Positions 10,734-19,865 of a stretch of 51,573 bases of DNA are shown here, one piece after another (position 1 is the stretch's first letter; every line of letters begins with the position of its first letter). Below the pieces are notes generated by a model, which had not been told where the DNA came from, made no database searches, and was given only the letters and a program-made list of their open reading frames with translations. The translations under genes were made by a program, and so were the position numbers. This DNA comes from Syntrophaceae bacterium (GTDB lineage Bacteria > Desulfobacterota > Syntrophia > Syntrophales > Smithellaceae): contig PLMQ01000039.1 of NCBI GenBank assembly GCA_003142535.1, positions 394-51,966 on the forward strand, given 5' to 3'.

Positions 10734-12857
10734 ATGAAATATTTAACTATGGAAGTAACAAAAGATGGGATCGCTATTGTTACCATTGATTGTCCGGAAG
10801 GCAAAGTGAACAAGGTATCATCGGGACTTCTGAATGAAGTAGCCGGTAACTTGAATGAGATAAATAATGATAAGAGCATCAAGGGCATGGTTATCGTGAG
10901 CGGCAAAGAAGACAACTTTGTTGTCGGCGCGGATATTGATGAATTGAAAGGAATGCGCACCTCTGAGGAGGTAATTGCTTACATAACCAAAGGCCACGCC
11001 ATCCTCAATACTCTGGAGAGCATGAATATCCCCGTGGTCGCCTGCATTCACGGCAACTGCCTCGGCGGCGGGCTGGAATTGGCGCTCGCCTGCAATTACC
11101 GTATGGCTGTCAACTCCCCGCAAACGGTTATGGGATTTCCGGAAGTGCAACTGGGGCTGCTGCCCGCTGCCGGCGGCACACAGCGGCTGCCCCGGCTCAT
11201 CGGCCTGACTGCGGCGCTGCCCCTGCTACTCACGGCGCGTAATCTCCGGGCGAGACAGGCCAAAAAAGCAGGATTGGTTGATGAACTTGTTCCTCCCTAT
11301 GGTGCGAAGGAAGCGGCAGCCAAGAAGGCGCTGGAACTGGCACAGAGAGGAAATATCAAAAGAAAGCTTAAGCGTTCTTTTGTCTCTTTCCTTCTGGAAT
11401 CCAACCCAGTAGGAAGGGCAATAGTTTTTTCGCAGGCCAGAAAGATGGTTACGCGCCAGACTTACGGCTGTTACCCTGCGCCTTTTGCTATTATTGAAGC
11501 CGTAGAATGCGGGCTGAAAAACGGAAAGGCCGCTGGCCTGAAAAAGGAGATAGAACTTTTCGGCAAACTGGTTATCACATCACAGTCCAAAGCTCTCATG
11601 AGCCTTTTTTTCGGCATGACCGATCTGAAAAAAAATCCTCAGAAAAGTCTTGCCCGCAAAGTGGGGAAAATGGCAGTTATCGGCACGGGTTTGATGGGGC
11701 ATGGTATTGCCTCTGTCTCCACGGCCATCTGCGATACAATACTGATGAAGGATGTGAGCCTTGATGCCGCCGCCCGCGGAATGAAGGAACTTTGGAAAGG
11801 CTTGGAAAAGAAAGCCAAATCGGGCGCAATAGTCGCGTTTGACCGCGATGTCCAGTACGGCAAGCTAATTGCGTGCGATGATTATTCCCTGTTTAAAAAT
11901 ACCGATCTGGTAGTGGAGGCAGTGTTTGAGGATATTGCCTTGAAAAAACGCGTTCTGGCCGATGTGGAAGCCGCGACAAGCGAACGCACCATTTTCGCTT
12001 CCAATACTTCGGCTATCCCGATTGCGGATATCGCCGCGGGATGCAAAAGGCCGGAAAATGTCATAGGGATGCATTACTTCTCGCCTGTGCCCAAAATGCC
12101 GCTCCTGGAAATCATTACCACCGATAAAACCGCGCCGTGGGTGACTGCTACAGCCCTGGATATGGGCATCGCTCAGGTAAAAACCTGCATCGTCGTCAAG
12201 GATGGCCCCGGTTTTTACACAACGCGCATTTTGTCGCCGATGCTCAATGAAGTTATCCTTCTGCTGGAAGAAGGAGCCATTCCTAACGATATTGACCGCG
12301 CTATGCGTCAGTTCGGCTATCCCATCGGCCCGGTAGCCCTCATTGATGAAGTGGGCATTGATGTCGGCGCGCATGTGGCCAAAGAACTCTCTCCAATGTT
12401 TTCTAAAAGAGGCATGGCCGGTTCGAGTAGCCTTATGCAATTATTTGCCCGCGGTTATTGCGGAAAAAAGAACAAAAAGGGATTTTATCTCTACGATGTA
12501 AAAAAGAAGAAAGGTCAGAAGCTGCCTAACGAAGAAGTTTATGCCCTTCTCGGTGGCGTGCCTCGTAAAAAGTTTGCCGTGGAATTGATCCAGCAGCGAG
12601 TAAGTTCGATGATGATAAATGAAGCGTTGATTTGTTTGCAGGAGGGCATCATTTTCTGTCCGCGTGACGGAGATATCGGCGCGGTTTTCGGTTTGGGATT
12701 TCCGCCCTTTGAGGGAGGCCCGTTCCGTTATATAGATCATCTGGGCGCTTTCTGCATTGTGGCTATGCTGGAATCTCTGGAAAAAATTTACGGGAAGCGC
12801 TTCAGTCCGCCGCAGATTCTGAAGGATTTGGCCAAAAGCGGCAAGAAATTTTATTGA
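10734..12857 (+). CDS. fadJ: fatty acid oxidation complex alpha subunit (enoyl-CoA hydratase / 3-hydroxyacyl-CoA dehydrogenase)
   Basis: FVVGADI, CLGGGLE and PEVQLG crotonase motifs; GTGLMGHGIA, EAVFE, SNTS and GMHYFSP HAD motifs; GFPPFEGGPF. Confidence 0.9.
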   Translation: MKYLTMEVTKDGIAIVTIDCPEGKVNKVSSGLLNEVAGNLNEINNDKSIKGMVIVSGKEDNFVVGADIDELKGMRTSEEVIAYITKGHAILNTLESMNIPVVACIHGNCLGGGLELALACNYRMAVNSPQTVMGFPEVQLGLLPAAGGTQRLPRLIGLTAALPLLLTARNLRARQAKKAGLVDELVPPYGAKEAAAKKALELAQRGNIKRKLKRSFVSFLLESNPVGRAIVFSQARKMVTRQTYGCYPAPFAIIEAVECGLKNGKAAGLKKEIELFGKLVITSQSKALMSLFFGMTDLKKNPQKSLARKVGKMAVIGTGLMGHGIASVSTAICDTILMKDVSLDAAARGMKELWKGLEKKAKSGAIVAFDRDVQYGKLIACDDYSLFKNTDLVVEAVFEDIALKKRVLADVEAATSERTIFASNTSAIPIADIAAGCKRPENVIGMHYFSPVPKMPLLEIITTDKTAPWVTATALDMGIAQVKTCIVVKDGPGFYTTRILSPMLNEVILLLEEGAIPNDIDRAMRQFGYPIGPVALIDEVGIDVGAHVAKELSPMFSKRGMAGSSSLMQLFARGYCGKKNKKGFYLYDVKKKKGQKLPNEEVYALLGGVPRKKFAVELIQQRVSSMMINEALICLQEGIIFCPRDGDIGAVFGLGFPPFEGGPFRYIDHLGAFCIVAMLESLEKIYGKRFSPPQILKDLAKSGKKFY

Positions 12858-12988
12858 TGAAACTCCAATTCCGAAAGCGCAGCGTAACGGAATTGGTAAG
12901 TTGAACAATCCCGCGAAGCGGAGGGTATAATACTCCGAAGCTCGCTGCGAAATGATTCCAAAGATTGTTTTGGGGTTTATACCCGTGA
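12857..12988 (+). repeat. intergenic repeat family B copy 1
   Basis: tgaaactccaattccgaaagc ... gcggagggtataatac ... ttggggtttatacccgtga, shared with 17436, 30440-30680 and 42637. Confidence 0.85.
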
Positions 12989-13002
12989 CGAGGGATAAGC
13001 AC

Positions 13003-14187
13003 ATGCCCGGAGCGCTGCAAGGCCTGAAGATTCTCGATTTTACGACTATGTTGCCCGGTCCCTACGCCACAATGATGATGGCGGATCTGGGCGCGGATGT
13101 GCTGCGGGTGCTCGCAGGCTCGCGCCCTGATGTAACTGTTTTTATGCCGCCGGCCATTCCCGGCACGGATATGTCCGCGGCGGCAGCCTGTCTGGGGCGC
13201 GGGAAACGCTCCATAACCCTGAACCTGAAAGATCAAAGAGCCGGAGAAATCATCCGGCGCCTTATCCGGGAATATGACATTGTCATTGAGCAGTTTCGCC
13301 CCGGCGTTATGGAAAAATTCGGTCTCGGTTATTCATCTTTGAAAGAAGCAAATCCCCGCCTTATCTACTGCTCGATCACCGGTTACGGACAGACGGGTCC
13401 CCTGCGCGGCCGCGCCGGTCACGATATTAATTATCTGGCCCGTTCGGGAATTATGTCCTACAGCGGACGAAAAGATACGGGGCCTGCGCTTTTAGGTGTG
13501 CAGATAGCCGATGTTAGTAGTGGAGCGCAAAACGCTGTCATCGGCATTCTTGCTGCTGTTACCCATCGTTTGACTACCGGTTGTGGGCAGTATCTGGACG
13601 TGTCAATGACAGACGGGGCGCAGGCGCTCAATGCCTTGTTCGGAGCCGGCTTTCTAGTGGATGGAGAAGAACCGGCACGCGAAGAGACAATTTTAAACGG
13701 CGGATGCCTCTATGATTTTTACGAAACGCGCGATGGCCGGTACTTAAGCTTCGGGCCTTTGGAGTCCGCATTTTTCAACGCCTTTTGCAAAGCCATTGAC
13801 CGCCCCGATCTGATGGCTGCGGGAGTCGCTCCGGCCGATGGCGGCGGCAAGATTAAAAATGAACTTTGCCATCTCTTCAAAACAAAGACGTGTGATGAAT
13901 GGACAGAATTTTTTACCGGACTTGATGTCTGCATTGAACCCGTCTTGACCATGAGCGAAGTTGCCGCCGATCCGCAGACACAAGCGCGGCAGATGATTGT
14001 GGATGTTCCCTTGCCTGACGGCAAAACAGTCCGGCAATTTGCTAATCCCATAAAGTTCTCAAAAACCCCTCCGCAGTATCGGTTTGCCGGTCTCCCCGCG
14101 GGGACACATAACCGGGAAGTCCTTCTGGGGCTTGGTTATACCGAGGAGGACATCGCAGCATTTAAAAAATCCGGTTTGTTTGATTAA
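13003..14187 (+). CDS. CaiB/BaiF class III CoA-transferase / alpha-methylacyl-CoA racemase family
   Basis: LPGPYATMMMADLGADV, RGKRS, EQFRPGV, SITGYGQTGP and GHDINY motifs. Confidence 0.92.
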   Translation: MPGALQGLKILDFTTMLPGPYATMMMADLGADVLRVLAGSRPDVTVFMPPAIPGTDMSAAAACLGRGKRSITLNLKDQRAGEIIRRLIREYDIVIEQFRPGVMEKFGLGYSSLKEANPRLIYCSITGYGQTGPLRGRAGHDINYLARSGIMSYSGRKDTGPALLGVQIADVSSGAQNAVIGILAAVTHRLTTGCGQYLDVSMTDGAQALNALFGAGFLVDGEEPAREETILNGGCLYDFYETRDGRYLSFGPLESAFFNAFCKAIDRPDLMAAGVAPADGGGKIKNELCHLFKTKTCDEWTEFFTGLDVCIEPVLTMSEVAADPQTQARQMIVDVPLPDGKTVRQFANPIKFSKTPPQYRFAGLPAGTHNREVLLGLGYTEEDIAAFKKSGLFD

Positions 14188-14332
14188 ACGGTTCGGCTGG
14201 AGATTTTTAATGGCAGATGTAAAATATTTCGCTCGAACGCATAAAAAATATACCTCGAAAGAGAGATAAATGAAAAACAAAATATCCGGAAATGCTGGAT
14301 ATTTCACAAAAGGAGATATGGCCAAATAATCC

Positions 14333-14400
14333 TTGACATTATTGTTCACTGTTGTATTATGTTCACTATAAAATGAACATAAGAAGAAGGTAAACATTAT
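14333..14400 (+). promoter_or_regulatory. promoter and 27-bp imperfect inverted-repeat operator of the AbiE-like pair
   Basis: TTGACA 14333-38, TATTAT 14355-60; IR arms 14339-14365 and 14374-14400 with perfect inner TTATGTTCA/TGAACATAA. Confidence 0.65.
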
Positions 14401-14401
14401 A

Positions 14402-15085
14402 ATGCAACATAAAATAATGCGGAATATTTTTGCCGATAAAGCAACGCTGGTTTTAAGAAAGATGCTTTTGTCACCCGAAAAGGCGTGGGTAGTACGTGAT
14501 TTTGTCGGCGCTGATGGCGTCAGCATCGGTATGGCCCAGGGTGTGCTGGTAGCGATGGATAAACGGGGTTATATTGAAAGGAACAAACGGGGTCCTGCCA
14601 GCTATGTTCTTTTAACAAATACCGAAAAGCTCATCAGTGACTGGCTGGGGGCATACCGTTTTGAAATAAACCACACCGACACCTATTATTCTCCGGATAA
14701 AAATATTCTATCAAAGCTCAAGAGCTATCTGAAAGATAAAGAATATGCCCTTACCCTGCATACGGGTGCCAATTTAATAACTTCTTACGTCATAACAGAT
14801 CATGTCTATTTATATTTTAAACCGCAGAACCGGGAAAAAGATATCCTGGAGCTAAGGCAAGCGTCGGACTTAAAGGAACTGGTCAGAGGCGGTAATATTC
14901 ACGTCATTCATCCACACTATGAAAACAGCGTTTTTTGCAACTTACAAAGCATAAAGGGATTCAAAGTTGTTTCTAATCTACAACTTTATTTGGATCTTTA
15001 CCATTTCCAGCCGCGCGGGCAAGAACAAGCTGAATATCTTAAAACCATGATAGAAGAAAAAGAAAAGAACTTCTATGGCACTTGA
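14402..15085 (+). CDS. type IV TA antitoxin, AbiEi-like (wHTH + AbiEi_2/DUF2186-like domain)
   Basis: N-terminal HTH (VSIGMAQGVL..GYI), YALT..GA and VSNLQLYLDL...RGQEQAE motifs; overlaps downstream nucleotidyltransferase. Confidence 0.75.
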   Translation: MQHKIMRNIFADKATLVLRKMLLSPEKAWVVRDFVGADGVSIGMAQGVLVAMDKRGYIERNKRGPASYVLLTNTEKLISDWLGAYRFEINHTDTYYSPDKNILSKLKSYLKDKEYALTLHTGANLITSYVITDHVYLYFKPQNREKDILELRQASDLKELVRGGNIHVIHPHYENSVFCNLQSIKGFKVVSNLQLYLDLYHFQPRGQEQAEYLKTMIEEKEKNFYGT

Positions 15086-15866
15086 TAAAATTGAATCAAT
15101 TTTTCTCTCTGTTCTGGAGGACATTAAGGATTATCTCCCGGATCTCACAATCGTCGGTGGCTGGATTCCATACATTTATTCAAATTATCTTTGGAATAAT
15201 TTTGTCAATATTCCCGTGACCACTGCCGATATTGATTTTGGTGTAGATCAAGACATTGCCGGAAATTATCCCAAAACCATTTTTCAAACTCTCTCTTCGT
15301 TAAATTACAAAGAAAAGCACCTGCAAATGGATAAGCTGTTTCCTGTTGTGCTTTACAAAGATAAAATACCCATTGAATTTATTACCTATCCAGATGTGGA
15401 CATTACTAAAATCGATAATTTTGTCGGCAGACAGATTCAAATTAATAAGATTGATAAATTTGATTTTCTTCTAAAAAATAGAATCCAGATTGACATTAAG
15501 GCAAAACAGACAAACAAGTTATATCGTGTTAACTGTCCAAAGCCTTCGGCTTTTCTATACCACAAAACTGTTATTTTTACTGATAGACTCAATAACAAGA
15601 AACAAGCAAAAGACTTGTATTACATGTATTTTATTTTACGGTACGCGCCGAATATTGACGCTATTATTGAAGAGATTTCTCAATACAGAACAGAGTCCCA
15701 TTTCAAATATTTTCATGAGAATCTATCGCAGTATTTCGGGAGAATATCAAGTCCGGGCTGCCTTTTAGTGGAGCAGGAAAACGGCCCTGACCCGTATATT
15801 CTTGATGTGCGTAAGGATATATTTGACCGGTTTAAAAATCTGCAGGACAAAATCAAGCACGCATAA
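15075..15866 (+). CDS. AbiEii/GSU2403-like nucleotidyltransferase-fold toxin
   Basis: IVGGW, TTADIDF (DxD), FLYHK and AKDLYY motifs; AT-rich; translationally coupled to the antitoxin. Confidence 0.72.
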   Translation: MALDKIESIFLSVLEDIKDYLPDLTIVGGWIPYIYSNYLWNNFVNIPVTTADIDFGVDQDIAGNYPKTIFQTLSSLNYKEKHLQMDKLFPVVLYKDKIPIEFITYPDVDITKIDNFVGRQIQINKIDKFDFLLKNRIQIDIKAKQTNKLYRVNCPKPSAFLYHKTVIFTDRLNNKKQAKDLYYMYFILRYAPNIDAIIEEISQYRTESHFKYFHENLSQYFGRISSPGCLLVEQENGPDPYILDVRKDIFDRFKNLQDKIKHA

Positions 15867-16465
15867 TGGAGGTGTATTTGAAGAATCGGCTAAAACGCTT
15901 CCTGTCGCTAACGGGGTCAGAAATAGTTATGTTACTGTTTTTGATGATGACAGCCTTATCCATGATGCCTGGGAATGTTTGGGGAGAAGAACTTTACACG
16001 TACACAGATAAAGATGGGAATATCTTTATAACAAACATACCTCCTCAAGAAAATATTAACTCCAATACCAGGAAGAGTAATTCGTATCAAGGTCAAACAC
16101 CGCCTCAAGAGAATATTAACTCCAATACCGAGAAGAGTAATTCGTATCAGGATTCAACCCGAGAGGGGCGCTTACATTGGGGAAGAGACAATGCATTAAT
16201 TGATGCAAAGAAGAAAGGTAAAAAGGGACAACGTAACAAAGTTAAGGATAGCGGAGGTATTGACGCTGGTGTGTATAAAGTAAAAATTAAGAAAGTCGGC
16301 AGTAATTTATATCGGGATATTTATACAAACATTATTATCAAAACCAAAGCTTGTGTTGAGTTGGCAGGCGGGGATGAAGCTTTATTGGAGTGGTCTGATG
16401 TTTCCGGCGAACTTTTTTTCAGAAATATGAAAAATTCATGTATAGTTAAAAAAGTTTATAAATGA
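15866..16465 (+). CDS. exported DUF4124-domain protein
   Basis: Signal-like hydrophobic segment then ELYTYTDKDGNIFITNIPP; internal 20-aa duplication; start uncertain. Confidence 0.65.
   Translation: MEVYLKNRLKRFLSLTGSEIVMLLFLMMTALSMMPGNVWGEELYTYTDKDGNIFITNIPPQENINSNTRKSNSYQGQTPPQENINSNTEKSNSYQDSTREGRLHWGRDNALIDAKKKGKKGQRNKVKDSGGIDAGVYKVKIKKVGSNLYRDIYTNIIIKTKACVELAGGDEALLEWSDVSGELFFRNMKNSCIVKKVYK
16039..16158 (+). repeat. 60-bp tandem duplication inside CDS
   Basis: PPQENINSNTRKSNSYQGQT / PPQENINSNTEKSNSYQDST, period exactly 60 nt. Confidence 0.9.
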
Positions 16466-16588
16466 ATATGGAATAGTTCATTGAAAAAGAACGGATCGGG
16501 GCTAAAACCATTAAAAAACAAGACGCGCGTAAAACGCTTCCTATCCCGTATGGCAAGCCTACGGGATAAATCTCTAATATGAGGTGGG

Positions 16589-16703
16589 TTTACCCCGTTA
16601 GAGATTAAATGACTTATGCACTATGTTTCTGTATCAAAAAACATCAAAGAAGGTAAATTATATAAAGTATGTTATGATCTATGCCTATCTCTAACGGGGT
16701 AAA
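16589..16703. mobile_element. 115-bp MITE (family C) with 17-bp perfect terminal inverted repeats
   Basis: tttaccccgttagagat (16589-16605) / atctctaacggggtaaa (16687-16703); AT-rich non-coding interior. Confidence 0.85.
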
Positions 16704-16719
16704 TTAAAAGGAGGAAAAT

Positions 16720-17419
16720 ATGAAAAATAATTGTTTGTTTGTCCTGAAGAAAATTGCAGTGCTTGTTTTGATAGTTTTTAGTTTGGGCATATCAGGTTGT
16801 GCTACTATCAACCCCAGCCTTTACAGTGTCAATATGCGGTATGACGCGGCGCAGGCCGTTATTCCGGCATATTTACAAGCCGAAGGAAAAACGCGTGGCG
16901 CTATTATTTCTGTAGCGGAATTCACCGACACACGCCAGGTGGATGATAAAAAAATAATCGGTCGAGTGAGAGAGAGACGATTCGAAAGTTCCTATATTCT
17001 TAAAGGATGTTATACCTGCCAAGGCTGTCGCTAATGGTATTAAGGAATATTTGAAAAAAGCCGGTTATAAAGTTGCCGATAAGATTGTACAATGGGATTT
17101 GAAAGAAGAAACCATGCCGAAGGGAAACGGCAAGATTATTATCGGCGGCAGCATAGAGGAGCTGGGAATAACCTGTTGGACAGGAGCTTTTAGTAACTCT
17201 TATAAGACCAATGTGAAGCTGACCATTGTTATTGCGGATTTGGCCAAAGGCAAGATATTATATACAAGCAAAGTGGAAAGTTCGTCTTCCAGGGATGATG
17301 TTTCCTTTTCTGAAGAGGAAATCGGAGGGCAGTTAAGTACTGCTCTGGGCGATGCCATTGAAAAAGTATTTGAAGATAAAGCTGTAGCGCAAAAGTTAAA
17401 AGAAGCTATCACCCAATAA
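16720..17419 (+). pseudogene. lipoprotein (YajG-like) split by a frameshift in a (GA)5 tract
   Basis: GGAGG RBS, lipobox ISGC; frame of 17051-17419 is open back to about 16976 (DDSKVPIFLKDVIPAKAVANGIKEYL); (GA)5 at 16968-16977. Confidence 0.75.
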
Positions 17420-17435
17420 ATTAATTTAACCGCGG

Positions 17436-17480
17436 CGGGTATAATACCCCACAGCTTGCTTTGGGGTTTATACCCGTGAT
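17436..17480 (+). repeat. repeat family B, terminal hairpin only
   Basis: cgggtataataccccacagc-tt-gctttggggtttatacccg hairpin, matching the 3' ends of the 12857 and 30528 copies. Confidence 0.8.
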
Positions 17481-17518
17481 TATAAATTATACTAAACTTT
17501 ACAAACACTAATTATCGC

Positions 17519-19402
17519 ATGACTAAAGAACAGGTATTAAAAAAATATTTCGGTTACGATTCGTTTTTTCCATTACAGGCGGAAATAATAGACCATGTGC
17601 TTTCACTTAATGATGCACTGGTTTTAATGCCTACAGGTGGAGGAAAATCCGTTTGTTTTCAGATTCCGGCATTAATGTTTGATGGTGTCACTATAGTCAT
17701 TTCGCCCTTAATTTCATTGATGAAAGACCAGGTAGAGGCACTCAAAGCAAACGGCATCGCAGCAGAATTTCTCAATAGTTCATTATCAGCCAAAGAAGAA
17801 AATTTTATCATTGAACAAAGCTTAAAAGGAACATTAAAATTATTATATATTTCACCGGAACGTTTAAGCTCGGCAGGATTTATCGAATTACTGGGCAGAT
17901 TAAAAGTATCAATGTTTGCAGTGGACGAGGCACATTGTATTTCCTTCTGGGGACATGATTTCCGGCCTGAATATAAGCGATTAAACATCCTGAAAGAACG
18001 ATATCCCAACGTTCCGCTCATCGCGCTTACCGCTACAGCCGACCGTGTAATTCGCCGCGATATTTTGTCTCAATTACACATACCGGAAACTAAAACCTTT
18101 GTGGCATCTTTCGACAGACCGAACTTAAGCCTTGCTGTCCGGCCTGGATTAAAGCGCATGCGCCAGATAACCGATTTTCTCAAACTTCATCGTCGCGAGC
18201 CCGGAATCATTTATTGTCTCAGCCGTAAAAATACGGAAAGTGTAGCGGCAAATCTAATTAAAGCAGGTTACAAAGCAAAGCATTATCATGCCGGGATGGA
18301 TAATAATGAGCGCAGTCGGACACAAAATGAATTTATTCGCGATGAAATTCAAATTATTTGCGCCACGGTGGCTTTCGGCATGGGAATAGACAAATCGAAC
18401 GTCCGCTGGGTGATTCATTACAATCTGCCTAAAAACATTGAAAGCTTTTATCAGGAAATCGGCCGTTGCGGCCGCGACGGTTTGCCTGCCGACACCATAC
18501 TCTTTTACAGCTATGCCGATATAATGGCGCAAACCGAAATGTTAAAAGAGGCGACAACGGAGCGTCGGGAATTGTTGGATGCCAAGCTCAGAAGGATGAA
18601 GCAATATGCGGAAGCAGAAAGCTGCCGCAGACGAATTTTGTTAAGCTATTTCAATGAAGCAATTACCAAAGATTGCGGCAATTGTGATGTTTGTGAAAAT
18701 CCCCCGCAGAAATTCGATGGAACTATCATAGCGCAAAAAGCGCTCTCGGCAATTGCGCGCACCCATGAGCAAATTAATTTCAGTCTTTTGATTGATATTT
18801 TGCGAGGCTCACACAACCGGCAAATTATTGAAAAAGGATACGATAAAATTAAAACCTGGGGTATTGGCAAAGATATAAAATTCGAGGAATGGTCGGATTA
18901 TATTTTTCAGTTACTCAATTTAGGATATGTTGATATCGCTTATGATGAGGGATATACGTTTAAGTTAAATGAGCTAAGTCATCTGGTTTTGAAAAACAAA
19001 GCTAATGTCATGCTTGTAAAATTCAGACCTTACAAAAGCCGCGAAGAGCTGACTTTACCTAAAGAACCGCCTAAAAAAGCAGTGCTTAATCAAGCTCTAT
19101 TCGATCGTCTCAAACAACTGCGCAGAACCATTGCCGACCAGAATAACATTCCTGCCTACATTGTTTTCAGCGATAAAACTCTGCAGGATATGACTGAGAA
19201 AATGCCTACTGATAAAATATCGATGCTGGAAGTGAACGGTGTGGCCCAGCAAAAATTTGCCACTTACGGTAAACTGTTTCTCGATGAAATATCAGGATTC
19301 ATGAGCGATGAAGCTGTCCAAGGAAACAAAATAAAAGAGTCAGGAGCAGAAGGGAACAAATTAAACAACGGTAAAAGCGCTTTTAGGCCACAAGCCATGT
19401 AA
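17519..19402 (+). CDS. recQ: ATP-dependent DNA helicase RecQ
   Basis: MPTGGGKS, VDEAHC, LTATA, QEIGRCGRDG; Zn motif CRR...CGNCDVC; RQC and HRDC (PAYIVFSDKTL) domains. Confidence 0.95.
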   Translation: MTKEQVLKKYFGYDSFFPLQAEIIDHVLSLNDALVLMPTGGGKSVCFQIPALMFDGVTIVISPLISLMKDQVEALKANGIAAEFLNSSLSAKEENFIIEQSLKGTLKLLYISPERLSSAGFIELLGRLKVSMFAVDEAHCISFWGHDFRPEYKRLNILKERYPNVPLIALTATADRVIRRDILSQLHIPETKTFVASFDRPNLSLAVRPGLKRMRQITDFLKLHRREPGIIYCLSRKNTESVAANLIKAGYKAKHYHAGMDNNERSRTQNEFIRDEIQIICATVAFGMGIDKSNVRWVIHYNLPKNIESFYQEIGRCGRDGLPADTILFYSYADIMAQTEMLKEATTERRELLDAKLRRMKQYAEAESCRRRILLSYFNEAITKDCGNCDVCENPPQKFDGTIIAQKALSAIARTHEQINFSLLIDILRGSHNRQIIEKGYDKIKTWGIGKDIKFEEWSDYIFQLLNLGYVDIAYDEGYTFKLNELSHLVLKNKANVMLVKFRPYKSREELTLPKEPPKKAVLNQALFDRLKQLRRTIADQNNIPAYIVFSDKTLQDMTEKMPTDKISMLEVNGVAQQKFATYGKLFLDEISGFMSDEAVQGNKIKESGAEGNKLNNGKSAFRPQAM

Positions 19403-19780
19403 TTTATAAACCATAGCGCAACTAAAACTCACGACAAGTCTTGTCAATTTGCACAATTAAGTAATACAAAAAATGTTGTCCCTAAATTATACTCTTTGCA
19501 GCAACTCAATTACTTTGATTTTCAGATTAAACAAGTATATAAAAACATTAATTCTTTTAAATTCGTTATTTGTCAGGCAAGCCTCAAAAAGGCAAAAAAG
19601 TAAGATTGGGATTGATATGGGGGATGTACCACGATTTTATAAAAAGGTAATTTTAAAAATAATTGGACGCTGTTGTCCCTCGTTTCTCACGACCACATCA
19701 TTATTGGCGTTGATGCATATTTAAGCTTTGCGGATGAAGGAATAATGGAGTAAATAGTAAATATGACCAAAGGAAAGGTT

Positions 19781-19816
19781 GAGAGTTAAACCTTTGATCT
19801 TGACAATTGGCTACAT
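19781..19816 (+). repeat. repeat family D copy (ctttgatcttgaca core)
   Basis: ctttgatcttgacaattggctacat is nearly identical to 22540-22564. Confidence 0.6.
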
Positions 19817-19865
19817 CAATTTGCATATAGCGGCGATTTGCAGAACAAGTAAATAGGGATAGTAC

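Noticed and set aside
12952-13002. Upstream start extensions in the ORF track (also 10710, 7558, 42626, 43190)
   Set aside because: They run through repeats, promoters or neighbouring genes; downstream ATGs fit RBS or promoter context and family N-termini
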